A DNA stretch of 51,899 nucleotides, counting the filler, from Basidioascus undulatus (lineage: Eukaryota): assembly GCA_000826855.1 (NCBI GenBank). It is 3 parts of 3 records of this genome, joined end to end, with 100 filler letters (N's around TTAATTAATTAA, not from the genome) between each part and the next. Parts side by side here need not be neighbours in the genome. Positions count along the whole stretch, not along the records: positions 1 to 20,031 come from JTLS01000619.1; positions 20,132 to 35,970 come from JTLS01000621.1; 1 more part is not named here. One strand, written 5' to 3'. Positions 11,700 to 22,798 of this stretch are shown here, piece by piece. Under the pieces are notes generated by a model, which had not been told where the DNA came from, made no database searches, and was given only the letters and a program-made list of their open reading frames with translations. How positions within the stretch are numbered: position 1 is the stretch's first letter; the number at the start of each line of letters is the position of its first letter. A program made the position numbers and the translations under genes.

Positions 11700-13454
11700 C
11701 TAAACATCGACGAGCAGCAGCTCGTCAATGACGCTGAACCCAACAGCCACGCCGCCCTCGTCGCTCTCCCTCCCCTTCGTCCTAAGCAGATGCCCCGCGA
11801 CCTCGTTCCGCACGATACCCTTCTCAACGCCAAACAGCGCCGTGCCATACACGCCCAGCTCCGAGACGACCTCGCCCGTCCTCGCGACGCCCTCGCCGCC
11901 CTTGACGAGCGCGTTCGCGAGCGGCGCGGGCGGCTCGATGAGCTCCATGAGGATGTACGCCTCGCGCTGGTCCTTCGAGAGCTTCTCAAAGAACGGTGGG
12001 ATCGCTTCGCGGTAGATGTTGTTCCCCCCGCCCTCACGCTGCGGCTTGAGCACGTACTTGACCGCCTGCGCCGGGTCGCGCGCGAGCGCCTGCGCTTCGC
12101 GGCCCTCGGGTGAGTCGTCTAGCGGCCAGAGGCCAGCGAAGACGCTTCGCACAGCCTCGGACTTTGACCCAGGGCCGAGGAAGCGCTCGACTACGCCCGG
12201 CGCAGCGAGGACCTGCTGCACCTTCTTCGCGCCTGCGAGCTGCAGCGCCAGCGTCGGGCACTTGATCGCGGAGCTGCGCTCGAGCAGCGAGCGCGTCCGC
12301 CAGAGAGAGGGGGTGGGGTAGTCCTCCGGCGTGTAGCCCGAGCGGAAGTAGACGATGGAGACTTCGACGGGCGGGGTGTGCGGCGAGGTGGGGTGCGTGA
12401 GGATCAGGGCGCGCGAGGGAGAGAGGGAGGCGCGCGTGGAGAGCTCCGTGTGCGTTAGGCGGATGGTGCGGATGTTATGCCTGGGAGGGGAGAGGAGAAG
12501 TGAGTGAGCGAGAGTCGGGGAAGGTGAAGTGAGCGAGCGAGAAAAGAAGGACACAAAGACGCACCGCCTAAGCAAGTCGTACTCGAGCAGCCTCTGGTCA
12601 AAGACGTTTCTTTCCGCGTCCTGTACCACAAATAGGACGACCCTCTCCCTCTCCTCGTTCTCGTTCCTACTCTCCTCGTACGCCGCGTGCCCGGCCGCGA
12701 GCCCGTCCACGAGCCCCCGCAGCGTCTCGTTCTCGGGCAGGTTCTCCGGGCGGAGCTGCGGGTGCAGCGCCGCGTACGAGGGGTCGCGGAGGAGGTGCGC
12801 GTGCAGCCCGTGTGTCTGCGTGGAGAGCGCGCCGAAGGAAGAGGACATCGTGTTGTACTCGACTTGGCGGAGGGAGAGCGGCGCGGCGGAGGCGGTGTGG
12901 AGGAGGTAGTCGGAGCGCGAGAGCAGGAGGTGCAGGGGCTGTCGGGGTATTAATTGAGTATCACGTAACGTACTGAGCTTCAAGCGTCCCAACATCACAG
13001 AAGAGGTAGAGCAACGCACCTGCACAGCGTCGTCCCTGACCTCCCTCCAGAGCTTCCACAGCTCGCCTTGGAACTCGTCCACTCCCGCAACCTTCTCCAT
13101 CACGCCGTCGAGCCACTTCACATCTAGCGTGATCTTGGCGTAGAGCTCGTTGAACGCGGGGCCAAGCTCGAGCGCGTGCGCGTACAGCTGGCGCGGGAAG
13201 GGCGTCGGGAAGAGCGAGACGGGCGCGTGGATCGCCGAGGCCGGGTTCGCGCCTGGCGGGAGGAGGAGGAGCGAGTGCGCAAGGCAGTAGGCAAGCAGCT
13301 GGTGCGTCAGGTGTTCGGTGTGCTCGGGCGTCGTTTGAGGCGGCCAGGAAGGAAGGGACACTGCAGGACAGAGGGAAGGCAGGGGGAAGACCCGAAAGGC
13401 TCAACGCTGAGCTGACACTGCTCGTTTCCAATAGCGCAAACTCGGGGACATACT
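11700..13454 (-). CDS. GSH2: Glutathione synthetase (eukaryotic type)
   Basis: HAPVSLFPTPFPR, RSDYLLH, RQVEYNTMSSSF, ERNVFDQR, YFRSGYTP, QLAGAKKVQQ, VLKPQREGGGNN, VSELGVYG and EGGVAVGFSVID. The start codon appears split A|TG by an intron at 13361-13453. Confidence 0.96.
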
Positions 13455-13585
13455 GTTGGATTCCACCTGCTGATCCTCTAGAGTAGAAAGAGAGGAATAG
13501 GGAAGAAACAGTGGTGGTGCGCAAGAGCAAGCTGGGGGAGGGCAGCAATCGCGAGCAGGTAACGAAGTGCCGGGCCAGGCCCGGA

Positions 13586-13593
13586 TTACGTCA
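13586..13593. promoter_or_regulatory. CRE/ATF-like bZIP site TTACGTCA upstream of GSH2
   Basis: 8-mer about 130 nt upstream of the inferred start. Function is inference. Confidence 0.3.
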
Positions 13594-13888
13594 ACCGGCG
13601 CCAGTCAGCACCGTCCAGGCACCCATTTCCCGTCTTCGAATCTTCCACGACCAGACGGCCGTATGATCTTCCACCAATGTGTATGAAACCGCAGGACATC
13701 CAATAACCACGCACAGCGACGGGGCACTCGAGTCAAACTTAGAATTTGTGTATCGGTCAGCGTAACCACATGAAGTAGCGTCGCAAGCGTCGCAGTCGTG
13801 AAAAGGGAGTGGAAAACGGATGGCGCAACAGGGTATGTCGGAAGAACAACAGAACAGAAAGAAGCGTTACGCGGGAAGTTGAAGCAGT

Positions 13889-15309
13889 TTACGCCGTGGG
13901 TTGCGCAGCGGGGGCGGTGGAAGTAGACGGGGCAGCGGCAGCGGTCTGGGGCGCGGGCGAGTCGCCGTTCTTCTTCTCGGCCTACACGGTTAAGGTCTCG
14001 TTAGCTCGGTGGTCTATGTTCAGGAGGAAGGAGGGGACAAACAGCGATCCGCTTGGCCTGTCCGCTTGCGAGTCAGCATCTTCGCTGGCAGCACCGGGAA
14101 ACAAAAAGGCGACGCACCTCCTCGTGCACGTCCAGGACGTTCTTGCTCGCCTGACTGTAGAACTCCTGCACCTTGGCGGCGTAGGGGGACTGGAGAGCCT
14201 TGTTGTAATAGGGGCCTGGGCGCACGTCACACGCCGTCAGCATACGCGCTACTATCCGGCAGTCCAAATCGAACACTAACCGAACCAAGCCTGCGAATTG
14301 ACGAATCCAGTGTAAGTAGGACTGGACAACAGGGCGCTGGAGATGGTGAGGGAATGCGCACCGTGGACTTCTCGGTGATGTGCTGCTTCTCGTCAATCTC
14401 CTTCGCCTTGGCCTGCGCGACGCCGAGGAACTCCTGCGCCTTCGCGTACACCGTCTCGCTCAGGGTCTTGGGCGGCTCTGCGGACTTGTCGACGCGCTTG
14501 CCGGCCTCGGTGTCGAGTCGCTTGAGGTAGCTGCGTACCGCCCATCTTCCCACGTCAGCAAACCCTTGTTCGCAACAAGGCGAGACCCGGAAGAAACGAC
14601 GCACCCGAGGAAGCGGTTCGAGATGCCGTGCTTCCCGTCGAGGTCGATCGCGCGTTGGACGATCTCGTCCGTGAGGTGGTAGCCGCTGCATCCCACTCAA
14701 AGTGCATCAGCTCCACCTATCCGCACCACGCTCACCATAAAGCAGCGTAACGTACGCAGCAAGGTACTGCGCAACAATCGCGCTGCGGGGCTTGTCCTCC
14801 TGGGAGATGTGCTCGCCCTCGCCACCCGCAGGCGTCTCGGACGCGACGCCCTCCGAGGAGACGTCCGGGGAGGTCACCTGGATGGATGAGCCCTCGAGGT
14901 TCCCCCCGTCGAGGAGGAGCGCGGTCCGGGCGGCCTGGTCTAAGGCGGCGGGGACGTGTCATCGAGTGAGCGGAATGGCAGGCATGGAGAGAGAGGTTGA
15001 CGCACCCTTCTCGAACTCGATGGTTGCCGTCTGGGTCTCCCCCTCCTTCTCGAACTTCGCGTCCTTGATCCTGCACCGCACCCGCCGTCAGCACCCTGCC
15101 CGCCCGGCCACCTCCGCCTTCCGCCCACCGCCCTCCTCCAGAACGACCACTTACTTTCCGCAGAAGCTAAAGAACTTCTTGATCTGCTCCGGCCTGAATA
15201 TCGCGCGACCAAGGCCGTATCAGCACCCTCTCTTCCGATACTCGAGTCCATCGGAGAAGGGGACGCACGAGGTGCCAGTAGCGATGTTCTTCACGACGAC
15301 GGTAGGCAT
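13889..15309 (-). CDS. Vip1-like RRM-domain protein (multi-exon)
   Basis: MPTVVVKNIATGTS|PEQIKKFFSFCG|IKDAKF...AARTALLLDGGNLEG, QEDKPRSAIVAQYLAAGYHLTDEIVQRAIDLDGKHGISNRF and KVQEFYSQASKNVLDVHEE. Resembles the fission-yeast Vip1 family. Confidence 0.85.
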
Positions 15310-15490
15310 TTTGATTCGTTTTACGTGGGGGGTGGGAGAGGTGGGTTTTGTTAGTCTGGGTGCTGAAAGATGGATGTGGGGAGAAAGAAAGAGATCGGGC
15401 GGTGCGGAGGGAAGGGAGAGGTGAGGATGCAGCTGGAGCGAGCGGTCCTGAGCCGCGCGCAACTGTCGGTGGCGGAGAGCTGGGTCCCGC

Positions 15491-15498
15491 TGACGTCA
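15491..15498. promoter_or_regulatory. Palindromic CRE site TGACGTCA upstream of the Vip1-like gene
   Basis: Perfect ATF/CREB consensus about 180 nt upstream of the ATG at 15309. Confidence 0.4.
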
Positions 15499-15994
15499 CT
15501 TCAGCTGGGGATGCCGTTGTTCATGTGAACGTCAAGCACATCCCCGCAATTTTTACTGCAAGTCAGTGAATGCTTCTGCCGAATAGGAAAACAAAGTCGC
15601 AGGCACATTATGTAGTCCAGTCGGATTAACGGATCTTTCGGGACAGCAGGCCGGCAGTAAGCACTGAGCTAATGAAGCTGCATTGCCTTGATGGGCATGG
15701 GTTGGGGCTTCCAAGTGAAAGGCTTGACAATAACATAAAGACCTATCCCTGTCAAGGTGAGGAAGGGCGCTAACAAGTTGAGACTGAGTCAGTGTACAGA
15801 ACACTGATACAAGTCTAAGAACTTGCGGTCAGGTGGAAATGCATGGGACAGCACCAGCCCAGAATTGCTAGTCCTGCTGTGTAGTGCACCCAGTGCTTCA
15901 TATTATATCGGTTTTATTAATCAAAAACATAAACAAATTCTTGTACAAGAAAACAGGGTTCACAATGTGAAGGTCTCGGCAGAGGGTTACCACT

Positions 15995-16244
15995 TGTCAA
16001 GAACCGAGCTGGGCAGGGGCAGACCGCAGCGGGGACTACTAGCAGAGTGGGTGGCAAGGGTGCAGGTTGGCTGGGGACAGGACAAGAGAGCAAGGGCGGA
16101 CAGAGTGGGGACTAGGGACAAGAGAGGCAAGATTGGATGGAGAGTGAGGCTAGCTAACCAGGGGGCTTATATACACAAGAGAGAGGGGGTGGAGCAGAAA
16201 CTGCTAGAACTGTGGCAATAGTGTTGCTGGCTTGGTTCATGACA
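15995..16244 (-). mobile_element. Solo LTR (250 bp) with 5-bp target site duplication
   Basis: Ends TGTCAAGAACC...GGTTCATGACA (TG...CA, 10/11 inverted match), flanked by CCACT at 15990-15994 and 16245-16249. TATATAAG on the minus strand near 16167-16174. Confidence 0.88.
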
Positions 16245-16380
16245 CCACTTTATACGTGTCTTTTGGACTCCAGGTGGGTGTGCATGCAGGTGACATTGCA
16301 GTTCTTTTGGCAAGCATCCTGGAATGAAATCATGTATATTCCCTCCCCTGTAATGTTGGGTTGGAAGTTGATGTGAGTGG

Positions 16381-16480
16381 GTTGTCCAACATGTCATCCA
16401 ACATTCAGTTGAAAATCAACATTTGGTCCAACATGTCAGAGGGTTGTTCAACATAGTGTCCAACATGTTGTCCAACATGT
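16381..16480. repeat. Cluster of short (T)CCAACAT(GT) direct repeats
   Basis: About seven exact or degenerate copies in 100 nt. Confidence 0.75.
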
Positions 16481-16980
16481 CAGGGTGGCGTCCAAATCAA
16501 AGGACTGTCCTTGACTGTTCCTATCTTTCTTCCCATCAATCAGGTGTTTCATCTGATTTTCCAAGGACCATGCAACCATCTTTGTAACTCGTATGTACAC
16601 AGACAGCAGTAAAAGTTGCAAACCCACAGAACGGCATAGCTGGGTGCTGCACATCGCACACTTGCAGACACTAGCTGTGCACAGCACAAAATCTTCAACT
16701 AATAACATTCACCTACAAGTGCATCGGTGTAACCCACAGCCAGGTGTTTAAGGATCCGTCAGTGGCTGTCACATCAACACCCACATACTAATCCTGTTCC
16801 GCCCTCCGAACAATACCACCAAGCACGCGCACCCCAACGCACAAATATCCCAAAACGATGCAAAAATGCCATGTGGTGTACAGTAATGCGCAAGGAATAC
16901 ACGGACCAAGTAAACACCTCCCACTGCCCCCTTCACACCCTCCTACACTCCCCCCCACGTCCCCTCCTTCCACCCGCGCT

Positions 16981-17712
16981 CTAATCCGAGAACGCCTCCT
17001 CCCCATCCGCATCCTCGTCTTCGCTGTCGCGCACGCGCTGGCGCACGGGCGCCGGCGCGGCCCGCTTCGGCGCGGGCTCGTCCTCCACCGCGTTCGCTTC
17101 GTCGCAGGCGTCCTGTCCCACATCACACACCACTTCCATCAGCCACTTTCATTCGGTAGAGATGCGATGACGGACGACGCACCAGCCAGTCGTGATACAG
17201 ATCAATGGGCGCAGTAAGAGCTGCGAGGGGTGGGCGGGGTGGGTGAGCAGGGCCAAGTGTGGCGGGATGGCGTGGGAGATGGGAGGACGGGAGAAGAGGG
17301 GAAGGGAGAGGAGGGAGGAGGAGCGCACCGTTGATACCAGCTTGGAATCGCTGGCCGCAGTTCTTGCACACGAGGTAGCCAATCTCCTCCTTGTGGTCGA
17401 GCTTGCAGCTCACAGAGCCGTCGTGATGGCAGAAGAGGCACTGTCGGGTCCCCACCCGCACCGCATTAGCACACCCAGCCCTCTCCTCCAAATTGAAAGC
17501 AGGGTATAACGGAGATGGTGTGTGGAGGGGAGTGGGAGATAAGGTGCGGTAGGAACACGCACCTCGAAAGTCGTCGGCAGCACGGCGCGCGCCTTGGCTG
17601 GGTTCTTCGCGGGCTTCTTGGAGCTCTTGCGCTTCCCCCTTCATGTTCACCCACCCACACGAATCAGCATTCTCCACCATCTCTACACATTTTGACCAGC
17701 GAAGACGTACAT
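16981..17712 (-). CDS. ELF1: Transcription elongation factor 1 (zinc ribbon)
   Basis: MGKRKSSKKP...LPTTF, CLFCHHDGSVSCKLD, CKNCGQRFQ, IDLYHDWLDACD and an acidic tail. The start codon is split AT|G by an intron at 17639-17710. Confidence 0.93.
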
Positions 17713-17902
17713 CTCGGAATGCGAAGGTCGTGGTGGATGGCGTCCAAGGAGCCGAGCGAGCGTCGCTCGAAGCCGCCGGGACGTGGGACTTGCTTTGTGC
17801 CCGTCGGCTCGTCAAGCCCATCGAGATTCGAGCCTCAACACTTGTCAGCACTCACTTCCACTCGCACTATAACCATCTCGTATCTTGCATCCCCACACCA
17901 GC
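17713..17902. promoter_or_regulatory. Compact bidirectional promoter between ELF1 and the NSRP1-like gene
   Basis: Divergent start codons 190 nt apart. Confidence 0.6.
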
Positions 17903-19158
17903 ATGTCCGGCATTTCCTTCAAGCTCGGCGCGCCCAAGCCCGGCTCCTCCTCCAAGCCCGGTCCCTCGCTCTCCTCGCGCGCCTCTGCACCGAAGCCCAA
18001 ACCCGCGCCCACGCCCTCCCCCTTCGGCGGCGGCGACGATGACGACGACGACGACTCCCTCCCTACGACCTCCTCCGCCTCGCGCGCGACCGCGAACCGC
18101 GGCCTGGTCGCGCAGTCCTCCGCTCTGGCCTCAGCGCGGGTAGCGAAGCAAGTCGCCGCCGCGCAAGCTTTGGACGCAAGCGTGTTCGAGTACGACGAGG
18201 TGTACGATCGGATGGCGGACGCGCGCGTGCGCGCGGAGGAGGCGCGCCGGAAGGAGAGCAAGGCGCGGAAGCCCAAGTATGTCGAGGGGCTCGCGGCGGC
18301 CGCCGAGCAGCGGAAGCTCGATAGGTTGAGGGCGGAGGAGAAGATGATCCAGAAGGAGCGGGAAAGGGAGGGCGATGACTTTGCGGGGACGGAGGAGTTC
18401 GTTACGACTGGGTATAAGGAAAGGATGGAGGAGATTAGGATTGCGGAGGAGGAGGAGAAGAGGAGGGAGGGTAAGTGCGTTCATTTGGGTGCTGAGGGTT
18501 GGCAGGAGCTGACTAGCTGGGGCGGGTGGGAACAGAGAAAGAGCGCTCCAAGCGCGGCACGGGGTCAACGACCTTCATGCGTTCCATCCTCGAGCAGAAC
18601 GACGAAGCGCACGCCGCGGCCGTCGCTGCCTCCCTGGGCCCCTCCCCCTCCTCCTCATCCAACATCATCCGCCCGCCCTCGCCCGCGCGCGACTCCGAAA
18701 AGGAGGCGATCCAGGTCGCGCTCTCCCGCGGCACCGAAGTCGAGCTGGACGACGAGGGCCGGGCGGTTGACAAGACGGAGCTCCTCGCTGCTGGGCTAAA
18801 CGTCTCCAAGAAGCGGCGCGCCTTCGACCTATCCTCCTCCTCCGCCTCCAGCGCGCGGGCGGGGGCGGGCGAGGGAGCGTACAGACGCCAGGCGGTTGGC
18901 ACGGCGGCATCTCAGGGGCAGATTCGGGCGCGCCAGAGCGCGCTGATTGAGCGGCAGATGGTGGAGCTTGAGGAGAAGCGGCGGGAGGAGGAGCGGCGGC
19001 GGGAGGAGGAGAAGAAGGTTGGTGCGCTCAAGAGGAGGAATGAGGACAGCCAGGTGGATGAGGCCAAGAGGCGGTTTGCGGAGCGCAAGGCCCAGCGGGA
19101 GAGGGAGAGGAGGGAGAGGGAGGAGAAGGAGAGGGAGGGAAAGGGGGAGGGGGTGTGA
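17903..19158 (+). CDS. NSRP1/CCDC55-like coiled-coil protein (DUF2040)
   Basis: ALDASVFEYDEVYDRM, KPKYVEGL, EEKMIQKEREREGDDFAGTEEFVTTGYK and C-terminal KRRNEDSQVDEAKRRFAERK. One intron at about 18471-18535. Confidence 0.88.
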
Positions 19159-19413
19159 TGCGAGAGGCGATCCATGCGTTTGCGAGATGTGCACGCTGTT
19201 TGAACAAGAGCATTTTGGCGTGGGATCCATAGTTTACATGATGCATAACACGGGTGATAAGGCAGCAGGAGGGTATTACAGTATGCACAGACGACAGAGA
19301 AGAGAACCGGGACCGTAATTGGAACGAGAAGATGCGTTCCGAGAGGAAGGGGTGAAGAGGAGGCGGTGAGGTGAGGGAAGTGAATGGGGGAGGAGAGGGG
19401 AAGCAGGAGCAGC

Positions 19414-20031
19414 CTAGTTCCCCCGGATCCGCCTCGCCAGCCGGATATCCTTCTGCATGAGCGTCACGCGCTTGGCGTGGATCGTGCAGAGGTTGCTGTG
19501 TCCTCGACTCAGCTCGCTAAGGGTTAGGGGGGAGGGGGAGGGAGAGGGGTAGGGGGAGACGCACGCGTCCTCAAACAGATGCACCAGATACGCCTCGCTC
19601 GCCTCCTGCAGCGCGAGCAGCGCCGAGCTCTGCCATCGCAGCCCCGCGCCGCCCCCGCCCTCGTGCACGGAATTGACATAGTCTTCGGCTACTTCGCGGA
19701 CCTTTCCACACCCCCACGCATCAGCTATATCCTTTACGACGACGAAGAGTGGAAGGACAGAGGGAGAGGGAGGATGGGGGAAAGGGGATGGGAGGGAGAG
19801 GGAAGACGCACCAGCCGAGAGAAAGGCAGTTTCGCAAGCAGCAGATCCGTGCTCTTCTGGTACTTGCGGATCTCGCGCAGCGCGACTGTCCCCGGTCGGA
19901 AACGGTGCGACTTGGCGGGGGGGATGGGGTCTCCCGCTGTCCGTCCAACCACACATCTATCCGGGGTAAGCAGCGTTGCAAGGAAGGATGGGGAAGGAGA
20001 CAGAGGACGCACGCCGGCTCTTCCCCCCCGT
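19414..20031 (-). CDS. CSE4: Centromeric histone H3 variant CENP-A (5' end lost in gap)
   Basis: [102 protein letters not shown]. The extended loop 1, LRWQ and VHL residues are diagnostic of CenH3. Confidence 0.92.
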
Positions 20032-20131
20032 NNNNNNNNNNNNNNNNNNNNNNNNNNNNNNNNNNNNNNNNNNNNTTAATTAATTAANNNNNNNNNNNNN
20101 NNNNNNNNNNNNNNNNNNNNNNNNNNNNNNN
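20032..20131. other. Artificial contig spacer
   Basis: 100-nt N block with TTAATTAATTAA (six-frame stop) at 20076-20087. Genes on both sides are truncated. Confidence 0.97.
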
Positions 20132-20226
20132 CGCTTTTGCTCGGGTGAGTGCTTACTGTGCATTACTCAGCGAAGGCGCTTGGCTAATTTGCGAGAGAGG
20201 GCAAAAGGAGGAGGAAGAAGACGCAC

Positions 20227-21213
20227 GGCCAGTGATGGCAGAGCCCTTCATCTCGCCCTTGGGGTTGACGATGACGCCGGCGTTGTCCTCAAAGTAGAGG
20301 AAGACGCCGTCGCGCCTGCGCCAGGGCTTGCGCTGGCGGATGACGACGGCGGGCATGACTGGTTAACCCGACCAAACAACCACCCAACACACTTCATCAG
20401 TTTCCGCTTTTCCACCTAGGAGAACTGGGGAATGGAAGGGGGGGTATATGGAAGAGAAGAAAACGAACCCTTCTTCCGGAGCTCAGGCTTGCCCTTCTTG
20501 ACGGAGGCCATGACCATGTCGCCCGCGGCGGAGGCGGGGAGACGGTTCAGGCGCGCGCCGAAGCCGAGGACCGAGATGATGTAAAGGTTCTTGGCACCCG
20601 AGTTGTCCGCGCAGTTGATGACGGCGCCTGGAGGAGGGTGAGTGGGCAGGCGTCAGCTGGTGGACGGGAGGGTGGGAATGGAGGGGGAAGGGGCGACGAA
20701 CCGACGGGGAGACCGAGGGTCATCCGGACTGGGGGTGAAAGAGGGCGTTAGTAGGGGGTTTTTGGGCGTGTCGGGACGGTGTGCGTGAGGAGGCGTCGGG
20801 GTCGGTAAACAGGGAGGGTCGGGAGGAGCAGAATCGTGCGTAGACCATTCCCGGCTCGGTCGTCCCAGCCCGTCCCAAGCGGAACACCGCCGGTACTCTG
20901 CTAGTGCACAGCCTCGAAAAGAACGCCGGAGACAGTGCGGGGGCGGTGTCGGTGGTTGTTGTGCGTGTCGTGCGAGTTGTCGGGGCACAAGAGGCTGAAG
21001 CCGGGAACACAAGGCCTAGAATACGCACACTTGGAACCTGCCCACCGCACCCAAATCAGCGCCGTCCTCTCTCGCATCCCCATCCCAATCAACAAAACTC
21101 ACCAGAAGCACCAGCCTATCCTCCCAACACCACCGCGCCAAAGCCCACCACCACAAGTCAGCATTCCGCCTTCGCTTCCTCCTCTCGGTAACTCAGCGAT
21201 GCACCTTCGACAT
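20227..21213 (-). CDS. RPL23: 60S ribosomal protein L23 (uL14), last exon(s) lost in gap
   Basis: Spliced [50 protein letters not shown]...[53 protein letters not shown]. Confidence 0.97.
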
Positions 21214-22740
21214 CTTGACTGCTGCAGAACCACGGGAGTGTTAATGGCAGCACAACGGGAGTGTAGAGTGGTGTGGGTGGATGAAGATGAGGACGAGGAT
21301 GAGCGGGCTGACCTTGATGAGGGCGGCGGGGAGGAGCGTCACGGGCGAAGGGGGCGCGGAGGTCTTCTGCGCGATGCGAAGAGATTTTCGACGGCCCAAC
21401 ACGCGGGAGGGGCGGAATGGATTCTCTTATCGCCGGTTCGCCGACATTGTCGTTTGCATTTCGCCTTTTTCTCCTTCTCTTGCTGGTTTTCCTACTCTTT
21501 CATTATTAACCTTCGATGTAATGGAAATAATGAAAGAACTCGTCAATAGTCATGGCATGCTATATCTACCTAGGATGAGTGGCAGAAAGCCGCGGGATGG
21601 GCGCATTTGGAGGTCTACCTTTTTTGTTCGCAAATGGACTTCTGGACAGATACTCTGCTGACATCGCCTTGGAACCAGAAAGAAACATTGATAGTGAACA
21701 TTCTCCTCCGCAGGCCCCAGGCTTTGCTTGTCCTCTGATCATGCGGGAAGTGTACCACTCGCAGTAATAATCGCGCAGCAAACCCTTTACATGTGACCGT
21801 TCCATAGCATGTAGATTGAAAGGGAGGACTCGGCCTCTGGGTCCATCTAACTTCGGTAGTCGTGTTCCCGTAAATCAATAGCATCATGAGTGACAACAAT
21901 GGCAGACAGACTTGCTTATTAGTGGAAATAGCGCATGTCTTCTTGACCTTGCCGCGCCCCCCTGAATCTCGCCAGTCTAAAGTGTTGTTGGCATAATACG
22001 TTGGAATGTGAAGTCTAAAGGGGCGCTTGAACTCCCAAAGACGCTTTCTTGCGGAAAAGAAGTGACATAGCGGCTCAAAACGCCAATAGTAGGCCCAGCT
22101 GGATTCTCGCGGGCGCGTACCTACTCAACGCACTCTCGCGCCTTTGCCGGACACACTGCTGAGCTCAGATGAGATTGTATTCCTCGTCTTAATTGATGTC
22201 CTAATGCTGAACAGGCATCTCCACATGTGGCTGTTGTGAGGGCACGAGGTGACCGACTCACGGAAGCTTCTCATAAGCCGTCTGGGGCCGCCATTGGTGC
22301 GAAGCTTGGCGGATAAGGTGAACATCCTTGGTGTGGGGTGAACTTGGCGTCTGAGAGCTCTTCCGGACACCCTCCGGCTGTAGCTCGACGGCAATCGCAT
22401 CGGAAACATGAGAAACTCGTTCGGTTGTATGGCTAAAGCAGTGTACGGAGGTGACGTCTGTGCCAGCTGAGTGACCGAGATTGCGGAATTCGCATGCACC
22501 GTTTCGAAAACTAATGGTGTAGCATTATCTTCGGTGTCCTGCTTAGGGATTAGAGCAAGGCAAGTGATCTTAGACGTCTGGGCCGCCTTCCGAGGTCATC
22601 CTGGTGCTGACGGTACACCTTCCCTCACCACAGGATGACAAGCTGACGATATATTATGATAGATTGCTGCCGTGATGCATGTATGCTTGCTGAGCCCATT
22701 GATGGACAGCTACCCGAAGCTGGCCCAGTTATGAGAATGA

Positions 22741-22798
22741 GGGAAATGCCTGTGTGGAGAAGAAAAAAGGGGAAATGCCTGTGTGGAGAAGAAAAAAG
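22741..22798. repeat. Perfect 29-bp tandem duplication
   Basis: GGGAAATGCCTGTGTGGAGAAGAAAAAAG x2. Confidence 0.9.

Larger units (their letters stand above)
15550..16780. repeat. Lower-GC, CpG-poor repeat-derived island
   Basis: Abrupt compositional change relative to the flanking genes, with TG/CA excess by eye. Contains a solo LTR and a TCCAACAT motif cluster. Confidence 0.6.

Noticed and set aside
16381..16490. CRISPR-like repeat array
   Set aside because: Repeats are too short and irregularly spaced, the context is eukaryotic and there are no cas genes.
20032..20131. TTAATTAATTAA palindrome in N runs (also 35971-36070)
   Set aside because: Identical six-frame-stop linker in fixed 100-nt N blocks. 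It is an assembly artefact, so CENP-A/RPL23 adjacency is not evidence of linkage.
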